In this document: positions 19,311 through 28,655 of the stretch, in pieces
Layout of the letters: each line of letters begins with the position of its first letter
Numbering within the stretch: the stretch's first letter is position 1
Assembly: GCA_902767305.1 (NCBI GenBank)
Contig: CACXHF010000315.1
Coordinates: 1-53,461 of the forward strand
Direction: 5' to 3'
DNA: 53,461 nt
From: an uncultured Eubacteriales bacterium
GTDB taxonomy: Bacteria > Bacillota > Clostridia > Christensenellales > Aristaeellaceae
Notes under the pieces: model-generated
Database searches by the model: none
The model's input: the letters and a program-made list of their open reading frames with translations, nothing else
What the model was told of the DNA's origin: nothing
Program-made: the position numbers and the translations under genes

Positions 19311-19971
19311 AAACCTGCTCCACTATTCTGAGGATTGCTTCCACTGACTCCTCATAATTCAAATGCGTCGTATCCAGCAGTACCGCGTCCTCAGCCTGAC
19401 GAAGCGGATCTGTCTCACGGTTCATATCCTGACGGTCCCGCTCATTTAGTGCCTCCAGAACCTTCTCATAGGCAGTATCGTCACCCGCCTCAAGGTTCTG
19501 CTTATAGCGCCGCCTTGCCCGTTCCTCAGCAGAGGCCGTCAGATAGATTTTTACCGGTGCATTTTTCAGCACGACAGTCCCGATATCCCGTCCGTCAATC
19601 AGCATATCAGTCTCCGACGCCATGCGCTGCTGTGCAGCAACCATCGCCCTGCGAACAGCCGGCCATCTGGAAACGCTGCTCGCAGCAGCTGACACTTCGC
19701 CGGACCGGATCAGATTTGTCACATCCTCTTCACCCAGATATGTATGCTGCTTTCCATCCTGATATCGGACATTGACCGCAACTTCTCCAACCCTTGCCGA
19801 TACCGCCGGTTCATCTGCCGGATCTACACCAAGCCGAAGCATGGCAAGACCAACTGTTCGATACATGGCGCCTGTGTCAAGATGAAGAATTCCCAGGCGT
19901 TCCGCCACCGTATCCGCGATGCTGGATTTACCTGCTCCGACAGGTCCGTCTATTGCTATATTAACGGGCAT
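19300..19971 (-). CDS. cmk: cytidylate kinase
   Basis: IAIDGPVGAGKSS P-loop followed by HLDTGAMYR. Start chosen at Met4 (MPVNIAIDG); the upstream ATG at 19980 is also possible. Confidence 0.9.
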   Translation of the reverse strand: MPVNIAIDGPVGAGKSSIADTVAERLGILHLDTGAMYRTVGLAMLRLGVDPADEPAVSARVGEVAVNVRYQDGKQHTYLGEEDVTNLIRSGEVSAAASSVSRWPAVRRAMVAAQQRMASETDMLIDGRDIGTVVLKNAPVKIYLTASAEERARRRYKQNLEAGDDTAYEKVLEALNERDRQDMNRETDPLRQAEDAVLLDTTHLNYEESVEAILRIVEQVYGK

Positions 19972-20155
19972 TTTTCTCATTCCTTTTTTCTCTTTTTGTG
20001 AATTCGCAGACCGGTATTGAATACTCAGTCAGTGCAGAAGATTATAATATTTTTCACTCCTCTTTACAACCGCATCTTTCTGGTCGTTTTCCGGAACACG
20101 CCTGAACATTTCCCCTGATTCAGACATTTCTGCCATAAAGGAGAATCAAACTGTT

Positions 20156-21865
20156 ATGCATACTCCGCCATTCTGCCCGAAAATACTGCTCCTTCTGGTT
20201 TTACTGACTGTTTCAATTTCTGTCGTCAACGCAGATTCCAACATGCCTTCCAAGCTGCCTGTTTCCGGCATTGCAGACAGCATCCCCGCAATAACCCCGT
20301 TCTCACATTTCCCGGCGAATAGCACTTCGTCCGCTGATTACAGCCTCTTTCCGGCCGGCTTCATACAGATTCCCTCCCTTTCTGCGTGCCTGCTTCGAGA
20401 TCTCGTCTCCGAATGGGCTGCCATGTCCGAACACACGGAAGCAGAGCTTTTCCGGTATCTGGAACCTGTTCTGAACGCTGGGTCTCCTTTCCGCTTTTTT
20501 TCCGGCATACGGGAACTGCTGCTGAGCCGGTCTGCAGAAACCATTCAGGACAGCGAATACCTGGACCAGATCATGGAATTCATTATCCGGCTTTCCCCCT
20601 CAGCAAGAGCCCGTGACATATACGGAAAAATGACATCTCCCCGTACAGAAGACGCTCAGGATACCGATCACTGGTATTACATCCTTTTGCAGGGACCAGT
20701 GTCAGTTACTCTTTCAGATCCTATCAGCGGGGAAAGCACTGCTGAATCCATGAACTCCTCCTTTTCCGGTATTTCAGAAAAGGCGGTTTCTCAAAGTCCT
20801 TTCCTGATTGAATATCTTGGGAACACCTTTGTCCTGACATTTCCGGCAGAATATTCCTGCAGCATTCACTGGCGTGCACATCGAAACGGAACAGTCAGGA
20901 TCTGCTGCCTCGAAACCAATCCGAACAGGATGAACGGATATACCGTTCTCTCCCGGTTTTCACAGCCCGTCACAGCAGATGAAACAGACCTGATTCTTAC
21001 CCGTGATCTGCAGAGCGGCGTATATGGTTCTTCGCCAGAGTCCAAAATGACTTCCCTGCAGATTATCCGGATTCTCGGGCTGAGCACAGGCTTTCTCAGT
21101 TGGAGAGGCGCTCTGATTTTTCTCGGCATACCTGTCGGTTTTCTGATCTGTCTGCCAGTCTGTCTTGTCACCTCTGCAAAAATCCGGCTGAAGAAACGGC
21201 CACCTCTGTCTGTCTGGATACTTCTCTGTCTCTACGGAATTGCTGCACTTGAGTCTGAAATCTCTTACTGGCTGCTCCCGACTCCTCCGTTCTGGCGTCT
21301 GCTGTTCAAGGCGGTCGGTGCACTTAGTCTGCTGTTCCTCTTTTTTCTTCGACGTGGCTCCTGTTCCCATCTCACCAGGTCCTGTTTTCTGCCCCTTATT
21401 CTGGGACTAGCAGCGGATATTGTCATTTCGATCCATTTCATTTCCGGTGTTGCAGGTTTCCTGCTCTTTCACCTCTCCCTGATTCTGCTGTTCCATCGCA
21501 ATGCGAAGATGAACCAACAGAAATGGGCTGGCTGGGCTGTGCTTTCTGCTGTCACGGCTGCATTCATTGTCCTTTTCTTTCTGCAGAAACATGGAGCACC
21601 CGTTCTTGCTGTTGCCGTCTATGCGCCAGTTCTGCTCCTGACTGCCTTCAGCGCAGCCGGCCAGCGTATTCGTCTCCGGTTAAGCACCGCACTCTTTCTG
21701 CTCTCGGACATGCTGCTGGGTCTGTTCATCGTCGTCGGCCGTCACCCTGTCAACCATGCCATGTATATGCTGCTGTTCGTCCTCGCACTCCTGATTCTGG
21801 CACTTGATCAGCCTGAGAACGCAGATCGCCTGACAGCCGTTGAAAACGGCAGGCAGCACACGTAA
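20156..21865 (+). CDS. signal-peptide protein fusing an unknown extracytoplasmic domain of about 300 aa to a C-terminal YhhN-like (lysoplasmalogenase/TMEM86-type) polytopic membrane domain
   Basis: 569 aa. N-terminal signal ILLLLVLLTVSISVVNA. About nine C-terminal TM helices carry YhhN-like features (FLLFHLSLILLFH, FLLSDMLLG). Confidence 0.7.
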   Translation: MHTPPFCPKILLLLVLLTVSISVVNADSNMPSKLPVSGIADSIPAITPFSHFPANSTSSADYSLFPAGFIQIPSLSACLLRDLVSEWAAMSEHTEAELFRYLEPVLNAGSPFRFFSGIRELLLSRSAETIQDSEYLDQIMEFIIRLSPSARARDIYGKMTSPRTEDAQDTDHWYYILLQGPVSVTLSDPISGESTAESMNSSFSGISEKAVSQSPFLIEYLGNTFVLTFPAEYSCSIHWRAHRNGTVRICCLETNPNRMNGYTVLSRFSQPVTADETDLILTRDLQSGVYGSSPESKMTSLQIIRILGLSTGFLSWRGALIFLGIPVGFLICLPVCLVTSAKIRLKKRPPLSVWILLCLYGIAALESEISYWLLPTPPFWRLLFKAVGALSLLFLFFLRRGSCSHLTRSCFLPLILGLAADIVISIHFISGVAGFLLFHLSLILLFHRNAKMNQQKWAGWAVLSAVTAAFIVLFFLQKHGAPVLAVAVYAPVLLLTAFSAAGQRIRLRLSTALFLLSDMLLGLFIVVGRHPVNHAMYMLLFVLALLILALDQPENADRLTAVENGRQHT

Positions 21866-22017
21866 ATTCCCTCAGATACGTCTGCTTTCATAAAAAATCA
21901 GGCAGAACAGCTTTTCTGACTGAAAAGCATTGCTCTGCCCGAATCATTTCACACTGCATATTTTCGGTTTACAGATGACAGTACTCTGGAAAACACAGTT
22001 TCTGCCAAATCAGACCG

Positions 22018-23043
22018 TTAGCGAATCACACGGTTCTTTCCTGTCGTCTTTCCCTCATAAAGCTTTTTATCTGCTGCATCAATCCACTCATCGATGCTCT
22101 GCCCCTGCCTGAACATGGCCATACCTATGGTAATTGTGATATGTAAACGCTGTCCTTCATATTCAAATGGATGTGCCTCGACTGCTGTCCGCATCCGTTC
22201 CAGCTGCACTGTTTCAGTCTCCGACCTCCCGGCCATCAGGAATTCCTCACCGCCCCAGCGGCACACAAATATATTATTTCCGGCATTTCGCAGAATGTCT
22301 GCTGCGCTCTTCAGCACATAATCCCCGCAGTTATGCCCATATATATCATTAATCTGTTTGAATCCGTCCAGATCTGCAATAGCGACCCAATATTGCTCTG
22401 CCTCCGTGCCATTTCCCAAATGCTAGAAAAAATCGGTCATGTAATACCGGTTAGGCAGTCCCGTCAGCTTGTCATGGAACACTTCATTGGAGAGAACCTC
22501 CTGATACCGTGTGGAAACATAAACAAACAGCTGCAGAATCAGAATGGCGATAACAAAGACAATCACAGCCAGAGAAATCTGGAAAAAGTTCGTTACCTCA
22601 ATAGGCAGAATATATGGCGGCTTCCTGTTCACACTGAACAGATAGCCTGCCAGATAAAAAATCAGAGCTGCAGGTGCAATCGTGATGCTCCTCAAATATT
22701 TCAGATTCATGGAGCGCGCAACATACTCAGAATAAAACAGGATCACACAGATGCCGATAAGCGTAATCTGAAAGCCGACGTTAAAACCGACACAGACGAT
22801 TGCAGCAAACATGTGCACACAGATTTCAAAAAAAGTCAGCAGAACAAGCGGACGAAAATATTCTCTGGAAACCAGGTAGAGCATCCAGATATAGAACAGG
22901 ATACTTGCGACGTTAAAGCAGGCCATGGGAAATACACCACATGCCTGAAAGATCACAAACATAAGAACATGAATGGCAAGAAAAATTCCTGAGATAGTAT
23001 ACGCCAGGAGTTTCACCTGCTTCATATTAAGAAACTGATTCAC
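22018..23043 (-). pseudogene. membrane-anchored GGDEF diguanylate cyclase interrupted by one in-frame TAG
   Basis: ORF 22423-23043 encodes about six TM helices and ends ...HDKLTGLPNRYYMTDFF, which is the start of a GGDEF domain. TAG lies at 22423-22425. The same frame continues H-L-GNGTEAEQYWVAIADLDGFKQINDIYGHNCGD...RWGGEEF. Confidence 0.75.
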
Positions 23044-23642
23044 TGAAGTACTCCATTCTCTCTCATTTCATGCACCGCTCCCGGACTTACGTCTGTGTGC
23101 AGCGAGCATCCTATGGGAAAGGCTGTCTGACGATGAAAAAACAAAGCAGAAAAACATTCTGAAAGAAATACGGAAGCAGAATCCGGAAAAGTGCTGCATT
23201 CTCCTGTTCATGGGCAGTCCCTGAAGAACAGATCACGGGTATACACTTTCTCCCTGCTGTCATCAAGGAGCGGATTCATCCGGTTCACAATCGTATCACA
23301 TAACCATTTGAACAACGGTCAAAAAACTTTATCGGATCATAATGGGCGGGAGTCACAATCACTACAACATCTGAATTCCCGTCACATGTCACATACAGGC
23401 GGAATTTTGCCCACGATTCTGGAAATGTCCCTCTATGGTCTCATCCTGCATGAGGATTCCCAGCGGCGGTTCTTCTCAGCTTTTCCCGGCTTCCTTCACC
23501 TCATGCCGTATGGACAGCAAACAGTCAGAGCCAGACCTGCGTATTCGATACCTTCAGCCGCAATTGTCATTGTTTGCCTTCTTTTTCTGTGTCTGGGCTC
23601 AGAACAGATACCGTTGCGTCAGATTCTTCCTGCTCGGCCGGA

Positions 23643-26210
23643 TTATTTAATCCGTTTCTTGTCCGCATCCTCAGAATGCTCCTCAGAACTGTCTGCCCGC
23701 CGCATGGAAAGAATGCATTTGACCTCGCTGAACGGATCCTTCACATAATCCACATCCACGACAAGATTAAGCAAACTGCCGTTTTTATTCAGCATCCGGA
23801 AGTGCTGCGTCATTCCCTGCTGGGTTTCAATACTTTTGAGTGCAATTTTCCAGAGAGCGCTCTCATTATCCGAAATCTGCTGTCGGCCGGTTTTTGCGGC
23901 ATTCAGTTTCTCTTCTATTTCTTTCCCGCTCATGCCTATTACATTTTCAAGGCCATGCGCAACAACCTCAAAGACATATTTGTCCTCTCTGGCAGTCAGA
24001 AAGAGCACCGTCCTTGAGACAAAGCGGGACAGAAGATCCATCTGCCTCTGAAGTTTGACAATATCCGTTACATCCCGTGCCGCACCATAAAAACGCTTTT
24101 TATCTCCGTCCATTCCCAGATAGTAAAAATGGATCAGAAACCGGACCATGGTATCATCCACTTTTCGGAAGGAAAGAACCCCCTGTGATCCGTTCAGGCG
24201 GTCATCCAGTGCTTTTTGCAGCACATCACTGAGTTTATGTACTTCCCCTGCGGGCATGTACTGCTGGATATTGACAAGCCGTCCCGTGAATTTGCCGTCA
24301 TGAACTGCCTGATAAAACTGCTGATTGAAACGGACAATATCCACCTGCTTTCCATCCCAGGCATAGATGGCTGCCGGGCCGATGATCTGATTAAGCATGG
24401 AATCAGAATATACATCCTTATTCAGGAACTCACGAATATGGAATTCTTCATTAAATTTGAATGTGAATCCCTGGAGTTCGATATTCCTGACATCCCGGAT
24501 CAGTTCCTCAAAAGACCACTTGGGCATGGGTTTATAGAAATAGTATCCCTGGATATACCGGCATCCAAGACTCATCAAATATGCACTCTGCTCTGTGGTT
24601 TCCACGCCCTCCACGATAATCGGCATGGACATGGTTTTAGCCATATTCACCACTGACTCAATGATGTGCATACCTTTTTTCATGGTTGCCTCGTCCATAC
24701 GCATGAAAAAGGCATCCAGCTTGATCATGTCCACATTCAGCTCGCGCAGCATGTTAAGTGAAGAAAAGCCGCTTCCAAAGTCATCCATCAGGACCATGAA
24801 CCCCATGTTGCGGAATGTCTGCACAGCATTGCGCACCCGGTCAGAATCCTCCCCATAGGCTGATTCAGTGATTTCCACTTTGATTGCCTCTTTGGGAATG
24901 CCGTACTTTTTCACCAAGCCTTCGAAATAAGCCGGAACATCCATAGTAAAAATATCCACCGGACTGATGTTGACCGAAATAGGAATAACAGGATTTCCTC
25001 TGTCGATTAACTGTTTGCAGAATATGCAGACTTCCTCCCAGATATGCCGGTCCAGATCCGGAACTAATCCATATTTCTCCAGAGTCTGAACAAACACACT
25101 CGGCGGAATCATAGTTCCATCCGTCCGGATCCAGCGTGCCAGCGCCTCTGCACCGACAATTTTCCCATTAACTGCCCGGCACTGAGGCTGCAGATAGAAT
25201 GTTATTTCTCCGTTGGTCAGAGCTTTCTTGAAATCCGAAAGAACTTTATAGTCCACCGCTGTCTGACGAATCAGAGAGTCAGAATAGAATACCACCCGGA
25301 TTCTGTAATCCTTCTTCGCTTCCTGACAGGCCAACATTGCCTCATCGTACAGAGTGTAGATTCCCCGTTCCCCGTTGGAATAGCAGACACCGACAGCAGG
25401 AAGGAATCCGATAGATACCCCCGCATCAGAAAGAACGATCTGCAGACGGCGATACAGCTCGTCTGGTCTGAATCCATCTGCCCTGATGAGCAGGATGAAA
25501 TCATCTCCGCCCATATACGCAGCAATCCCATCATGCATCTTTGCCGTTTCAGACAGTTCCTGTCCGATACCTGAGAGAATCCGGTCACCGAGATCCCGCC
25601 CGTACCATTCATTAAGGAGTTTGAAATGCTGAAGATCAATAGCCACAAGCATCCAGTTGACCTTGGTATCTGCCAGTATTATATTGGCAGCTGAATAAAA
25701 GTCCTTTTCCCTTGGCAGACTGGTCAGCGCATCCAGGTATTCCACTTTCGGATAGGAAACCCGTGTTTTTCCTTCTTCACGATCCTTTCTCGTCTGAATA
25801 TCAAACACATAGCAGTAGATACATCCCTTCGGCACCCCATGCTTTCCGCCACTGATCACGAACTGCTCACACCAACGCCATTCACCATTTGGCCTTTTGG
25901 CACGAAACTCAAAGTTCACTATGCCATTCCTGGCCTTCAGCTGCTCAGGAAGCGTATCCGGATTCATTACATCCAGATAGAGGGACCGTTCATCCGGATG
26001 GACCAGACGGTTTGCAACATAGAGATAAAGCGAGCTGTAGTTGCCTTCCAGATCGGGAATTGTATATTTCTGCTCCACATTGAAGATAAATGTGTATGTA
26101 TCCTTTTCAAGATCTATGGAGATCAGTTCATCAAAAGAAGAAAGCTCAAGGAAATCCACTACCGGAAATTCCGGATGTTCCGCAACAAATCGCGCTATCG
26201 TTTCTGCCAT
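23643..26210 (-). CDS. PAS-like / GGDEF (GGDDF variant) / EAL / PAS-PAS multidomain c-di-GMP turnover protein
   Basis: 855 aa. GGDEF-domain core DLQHFKLLNEWYGRDLGD...MGGDDF. EAL-domain motifs EALARW, EITES, DDFGSGFSSL and EGVET. About 270 aa of PAS-like sequence follows the EAL domain. Confidence 0.9.
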   Translation of the reverse strand: MAETIARFVAEHPEFPVVDFLELSSFDELISIDLEKDTYTFIFNVEQKYTIPDLEGNYSSLYLYVANRLVHPDERSLYLDVMNPDTLPEQLKARNGIVNFEFRAKRPNGEWRWCEQFVISGGKHGVPKGCIYCYVFDIQTRKDREEGKTRVSYPKVEYLDALTSLPREKDFYSAANIILADTKVNWMLVAIDLQHFKLLNEWYGRDLGDRILSGIGQELSETAKMHDGIAAYMGGDDFILLIRADGFRPDELYRRLQIVLSDAGVSIGFLPAVGVCYSNGERGIYTLYDEAMLACQEAKKDYRIRVVFYSDSLIRQTAVDYKVLSDFKKALTNGEITFYLQPQCRAVNGKIVGAEALARWIRTDGTMIPPSVFVQTLEKYGLVPDLDRHIWEEVCIFCKQLIDRGNPVIPISVNISPVDIFTMDVPAYFEGLVKKYGIPKEAIKVEITESAYGEDSDRVRNAVQTFRNMGFMVLMDDFGSGFSSLNMLRELNVDMIKLDAFFMRMDEATMKKGMHIIESVVNMAKTMSMPIIVEGVETTEQSAYLMSLGCRYIQGYYFYKPMPKWSFEELIRDVRNIELQGFTFKFNEEFHIREFLNKDVYSDSMLNQIIGPAAIYAWDGKQVDIVRFNQQFYQAVHDGKFTGRLVNIQQYMPAGEVHKLSDVLQKALDDRLNGSQGVLSFRKVDDTMVRFLIHFYYLGMDGDKKRFYGAARDVTDIVKLQRQMDLLSRFVSRTVLFLTAREDKYVFEVVAHGLENVIGMSGKEIEEKLNAAKTGRQQISDNESALWKIALKSIETQQGMTQHFRMLNKNGSLLNLVVDVDYVKDPFSEVKCILSMRRADSSEEHSEDADKKRIK

Positions 26211-26592
26211 TTGTACTCTGTTCCTTTTCTATATGAATTCCCGGTACGAAGGAAAACTGGAATACCTAAATCCCGAATCCGCACCGGATTGCCACTGTTC
26301 TCAGGCAACCCTGACCACTTCAGCTAAAAAATCAGTAACTGTACGATGTCCTGCCAGGCACATTATTTTCTGTGTATTATAGCACGCAGACGATGCGGAA
26401 GAAAGAGCCGTCCCTGCCAAATAGTGAGCATTTCAGTACCTTTCGATAAGTCTTCCGAATCGGAAGTGAGCCCGTTCTATTATCTTCTTTTCCTTTTAAC
26501 ATGCACTTCTCCTCCACTTCATTTTTCGCTTCTGCGGTGAAGAAAGACTTTTCATCCACTAAATCCGGAAACACTCCCGAATTTTTAATTAT

Positions 26593-26621
26593 TTGCCCCA
26601 CCGTATTCCTTGTGCTATAAT
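26593..26621 (+). promoter_or_regulatory. candidate extended -10 promoter upstream of the 26839 gene and nth
   Basis: TTGCCC (26593-26598), a 17-nt spacer, then TGcTATAAT (26613-26621). Confidence 0.3.
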
Positions 26622-26838
26622 ATTACATATTGTTCCGCTTCTTCTCCCTCTCTTTCCCAAATGGAATTCCTCTCTTCACCTGCAGTTCCCCTGTTGTCCG
26701 ACAACTGCTTCAAATGCACGGTTCAGGTCTGCTGAAAAAAGAAGAGTTCCTGAAATGCTTCAGTCTGTCAGTACTGCTTGCTGAACGGTTTCAGTGTTCC
26801 TGACCAGACTACGATCTCCAGAAAGGAGCAATGATCAA

Positions 26839-27309
26839 ATGTATTCTTTCGATGTCAACAGGCGGAGTCGAAAAGACAGACGCCGGATTCACATCCTCGT
26901 TCTGGCCATATTCATCCTGACCATCCTCCTCACCGGAGTCACGTATACACTGCTGAAATCACGGAATTTTGAGGATACCACCCGTGAAGTTCTCGTCTCA
27001 AGGGCAATTTCCGAGGCAGGCGATGCCCAGACCACTGTATACCGTCTCACGCAATCCAGTGGAACCAGTTCTGCTGCACTTCTGGCCAATGTTCGCCAGC
27101 ACGTCTACTGTCTGCAATGTCTAAATACCCTGGCAGGCAACATTTATGGAGCCGGAACCATTGTTGTCAATCCGGAACTGCTCAGCACCTGCATGGCAAC
27201 GATTGATCTGGCCACCGTCCGCATGCAGGCCGGAAATGTTCTGACCGAACAGTTTACCCTTCTCCGGGATCAGATCAATACCATCGCCACCTCTTTCAAT
27301 CTGAACTGA
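26839..27309 (+). CDS. hypothetical single-pass membrane protein
   Basis: In-frame ATG at 26839, 10 nt after GAAAGGAG. A basic N-terminus is followed by the TM helix ILVLAIFILTILLTGVTYTLL. No family was recognised. Confidence 0.55.
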   Translation: MYSFDVNRRSRKDRRRIHILVLAIFILTILLTGVTYTLLKSRNFEDTTREVLVSRAISEAGDAQTTVYRLTQSSGTSSAALLANVRQHVYCLQCLNTLAGNIYGAGTIVVNPELLSTCMATIDLATVRMQAGNVLTEQFTLLRDQINTIATSFNLN

Positions 27310-27320
27310 AACGCCGGGAG

Positions 27321-27974
27321 ATGCCTATGAGTAACGAGGAACGCATCAAGCAGATCCTTTCTATTCTTGAACAGACATATCCGGACGCACGTCCGGCACT
27401 GAATTTTGACAGTCCGTATCAGCTGCTGACCGCAGTCATCCTCTCTGCGCAGTGCACAGATGTTAAAGTGAACAAGGTCACTCCGGAACTGTTTCTCCAT
27501 TACCCGGATCCTGCTGCTCTCGCTGCTGCCTCCGTCAGTGATGTTGAGGACATCATCCGTACATGTGGCCTTTTCCATACCAAATCCAGAAACCTCATAA
27601 CCATGGCCTCCATCCTCACAAATCAGTATGAAGGCAGTGTTCCTGACAGTCGTGAGGCACTTGAAGCACTTCCCGGGGTAGGCCGGAAAACGGCCAACGT
27701 TGTCCTGTCCTGCGCTTTCGGCAAGGATGCAATCGCAGTGGATACACATGTTTTTCGGGTCAGTAACCGTCTGGGCCTTGCTGATGCCTCAGATGTGCTG
27801 AAAACAGAAGAACAGCTCATGGAACACATACCCAGAAATCAGTGGAGCCGCGCACATCACTGGCTGATCTACCACGGGCGGCGGATATGTCACGCCCGTA
27901 ATCCGGCCTGCACCGACTGTCCGCTGCATGAACTCTGTGAATATGCCAACGGCAATGCAAAGGGAAAGAAGTAA
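27321..27974 (+). CDS. nth: endonuclease III
   Basis: HhH-GPD motif LEALPGVGRKTANVVL, catalytic Lys/Asp context, and the C-terminal 4Fe-4S cluster loop C.ARNPAC..CPL...C. The start may be the second ATG at 27327. Confidence 0.9.
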   Translation: MPMSNEERIKQILSILEQTYPDARPALNFDSPYQLLTAVILSAQCTDVKVNKVTPELFLHYPDPAALAAASVSDVEDIIRTCGLFHTKSRNLITMASILTNQYEGSVPDSREALEALPGVGRKTANVVLSCAFGKDAIAVDTHVFRVSNRLGLADASDVLKTEEQLMEHIPRNQWSRAHHWLIYHGRRICHARNPACTDCPLHELCEYANGNAKGKK

Positions 27975-28092
27975 CGTAAACATTTCATCATATCATCCTG
28001 CATTCCAAAGATCTTATCGCTGCTATCTCTCAAACGTGAGTGTCTGTCTGCAGTGGATGCCCAAACACAGCAAATCAGTCTGAAAAGAGATA

Positions 28093-28557
28093 GTGCCAAT
28101 GCCGGAATGTCACAAATCAGAACCGGAGAAAAGAGAACAGATGAAAGCAGGATATGGAAATTGGGAACGATTCAAAGAAGCGCGAAAGAAAACAGGACTC
28201 ACCCAGAAAGCGCTCGCAGATGCTCTTGGTTTTAATGCTTCCTATTTCAGTCTGATTGAAACCGGACGTCAGCCAGTTTCAAATCCGATCGCTGAAAAAA
28301 TGTAAACTCTGTATGGCATAGATCCCTGGTGGCTGCTTAATGGAAATACACAGAAAGGTGAAAAGAACAGACTGCGGCAGGCCAGAGACGAACTTGGTAT
28401 GAAACAGAAGGATCTGGCCGCAATTCTCGGAATCAGTTCCATGTATCTTGGCATGATGGAGCGAGATGAACAGTCCGTCTCTTTTCCCGTTGCAACAAAA
28501 ATGCAGCTGCTATACAGCTTTAATTCCAATTTGATTCTGTATGGGCTCTCTCCCTGA
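28093..28557 (+). pseudogene. tandem double XRE-family HTH regulator split by an in-frame TAA
   Basis: HTH 1: LTQKALADALGFNASYFSLIETGRQ. TAA lies at 28303-28305. The same frame continues TLYGIDPWWLLNG...LRQARDELGMKQKDLAAILGISSMYLGMMERDEQ to a TGA at 28555-28557. No start codon lies upstream of the first helix of HTH 2. Confidence 0.6.
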
Positions 28558-28604
28558 CGCTTTACCTGAATCCTTGTTTTGCAGCACTGACAGCACATAT
28601 TTGT

Positions 28605-28650
28605 AAAAACAGGACGAAGAACTCTTATGAGTTTCTTCGTCCTGTTTAAT
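28605..28650. terminator. bidirectional rho-independent terminator between the HTH gene and manA
   Basis: 14-bp stem aaacaggacgaaga (28607-28620) / tcttcgtcctgttt (28634-28647). An A-run lies upstream and a T-rich tract downstream. It sits 6 nt from the manA stop. Confidence 0.65.
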
Positions 28651-28655
28651 TAACT

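Noticed and set aside
23044-23642. The 185-aa plus-strand ORF (23191-23748) and a 24-aa Cys-containing minus-strand ORF in the 600-nt spacer between the two GGDEF genes.
   Set aside because: The long ORF overlaps the 3' end of the GGDEF-EAL gene on the opposite strand and has a non-protein-like composition. The short ORF has only a weak ribosome-binding site and nothing supports it.
22423-28305. Stop-codon reassignment as the explanation for the in-frame TAG (22423-22425) and the in-frame TAA (28303-28305).
   Set aside because: Read directly, TAG, TAA and TGA all terminate well-supported genes here: nagA ends in TAG, ftsH in TAA and nagB in TGA. Protein lengths are normal, so the standard code applies. 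The two internal stops are better read as nonsense mutations or sequencing errors.
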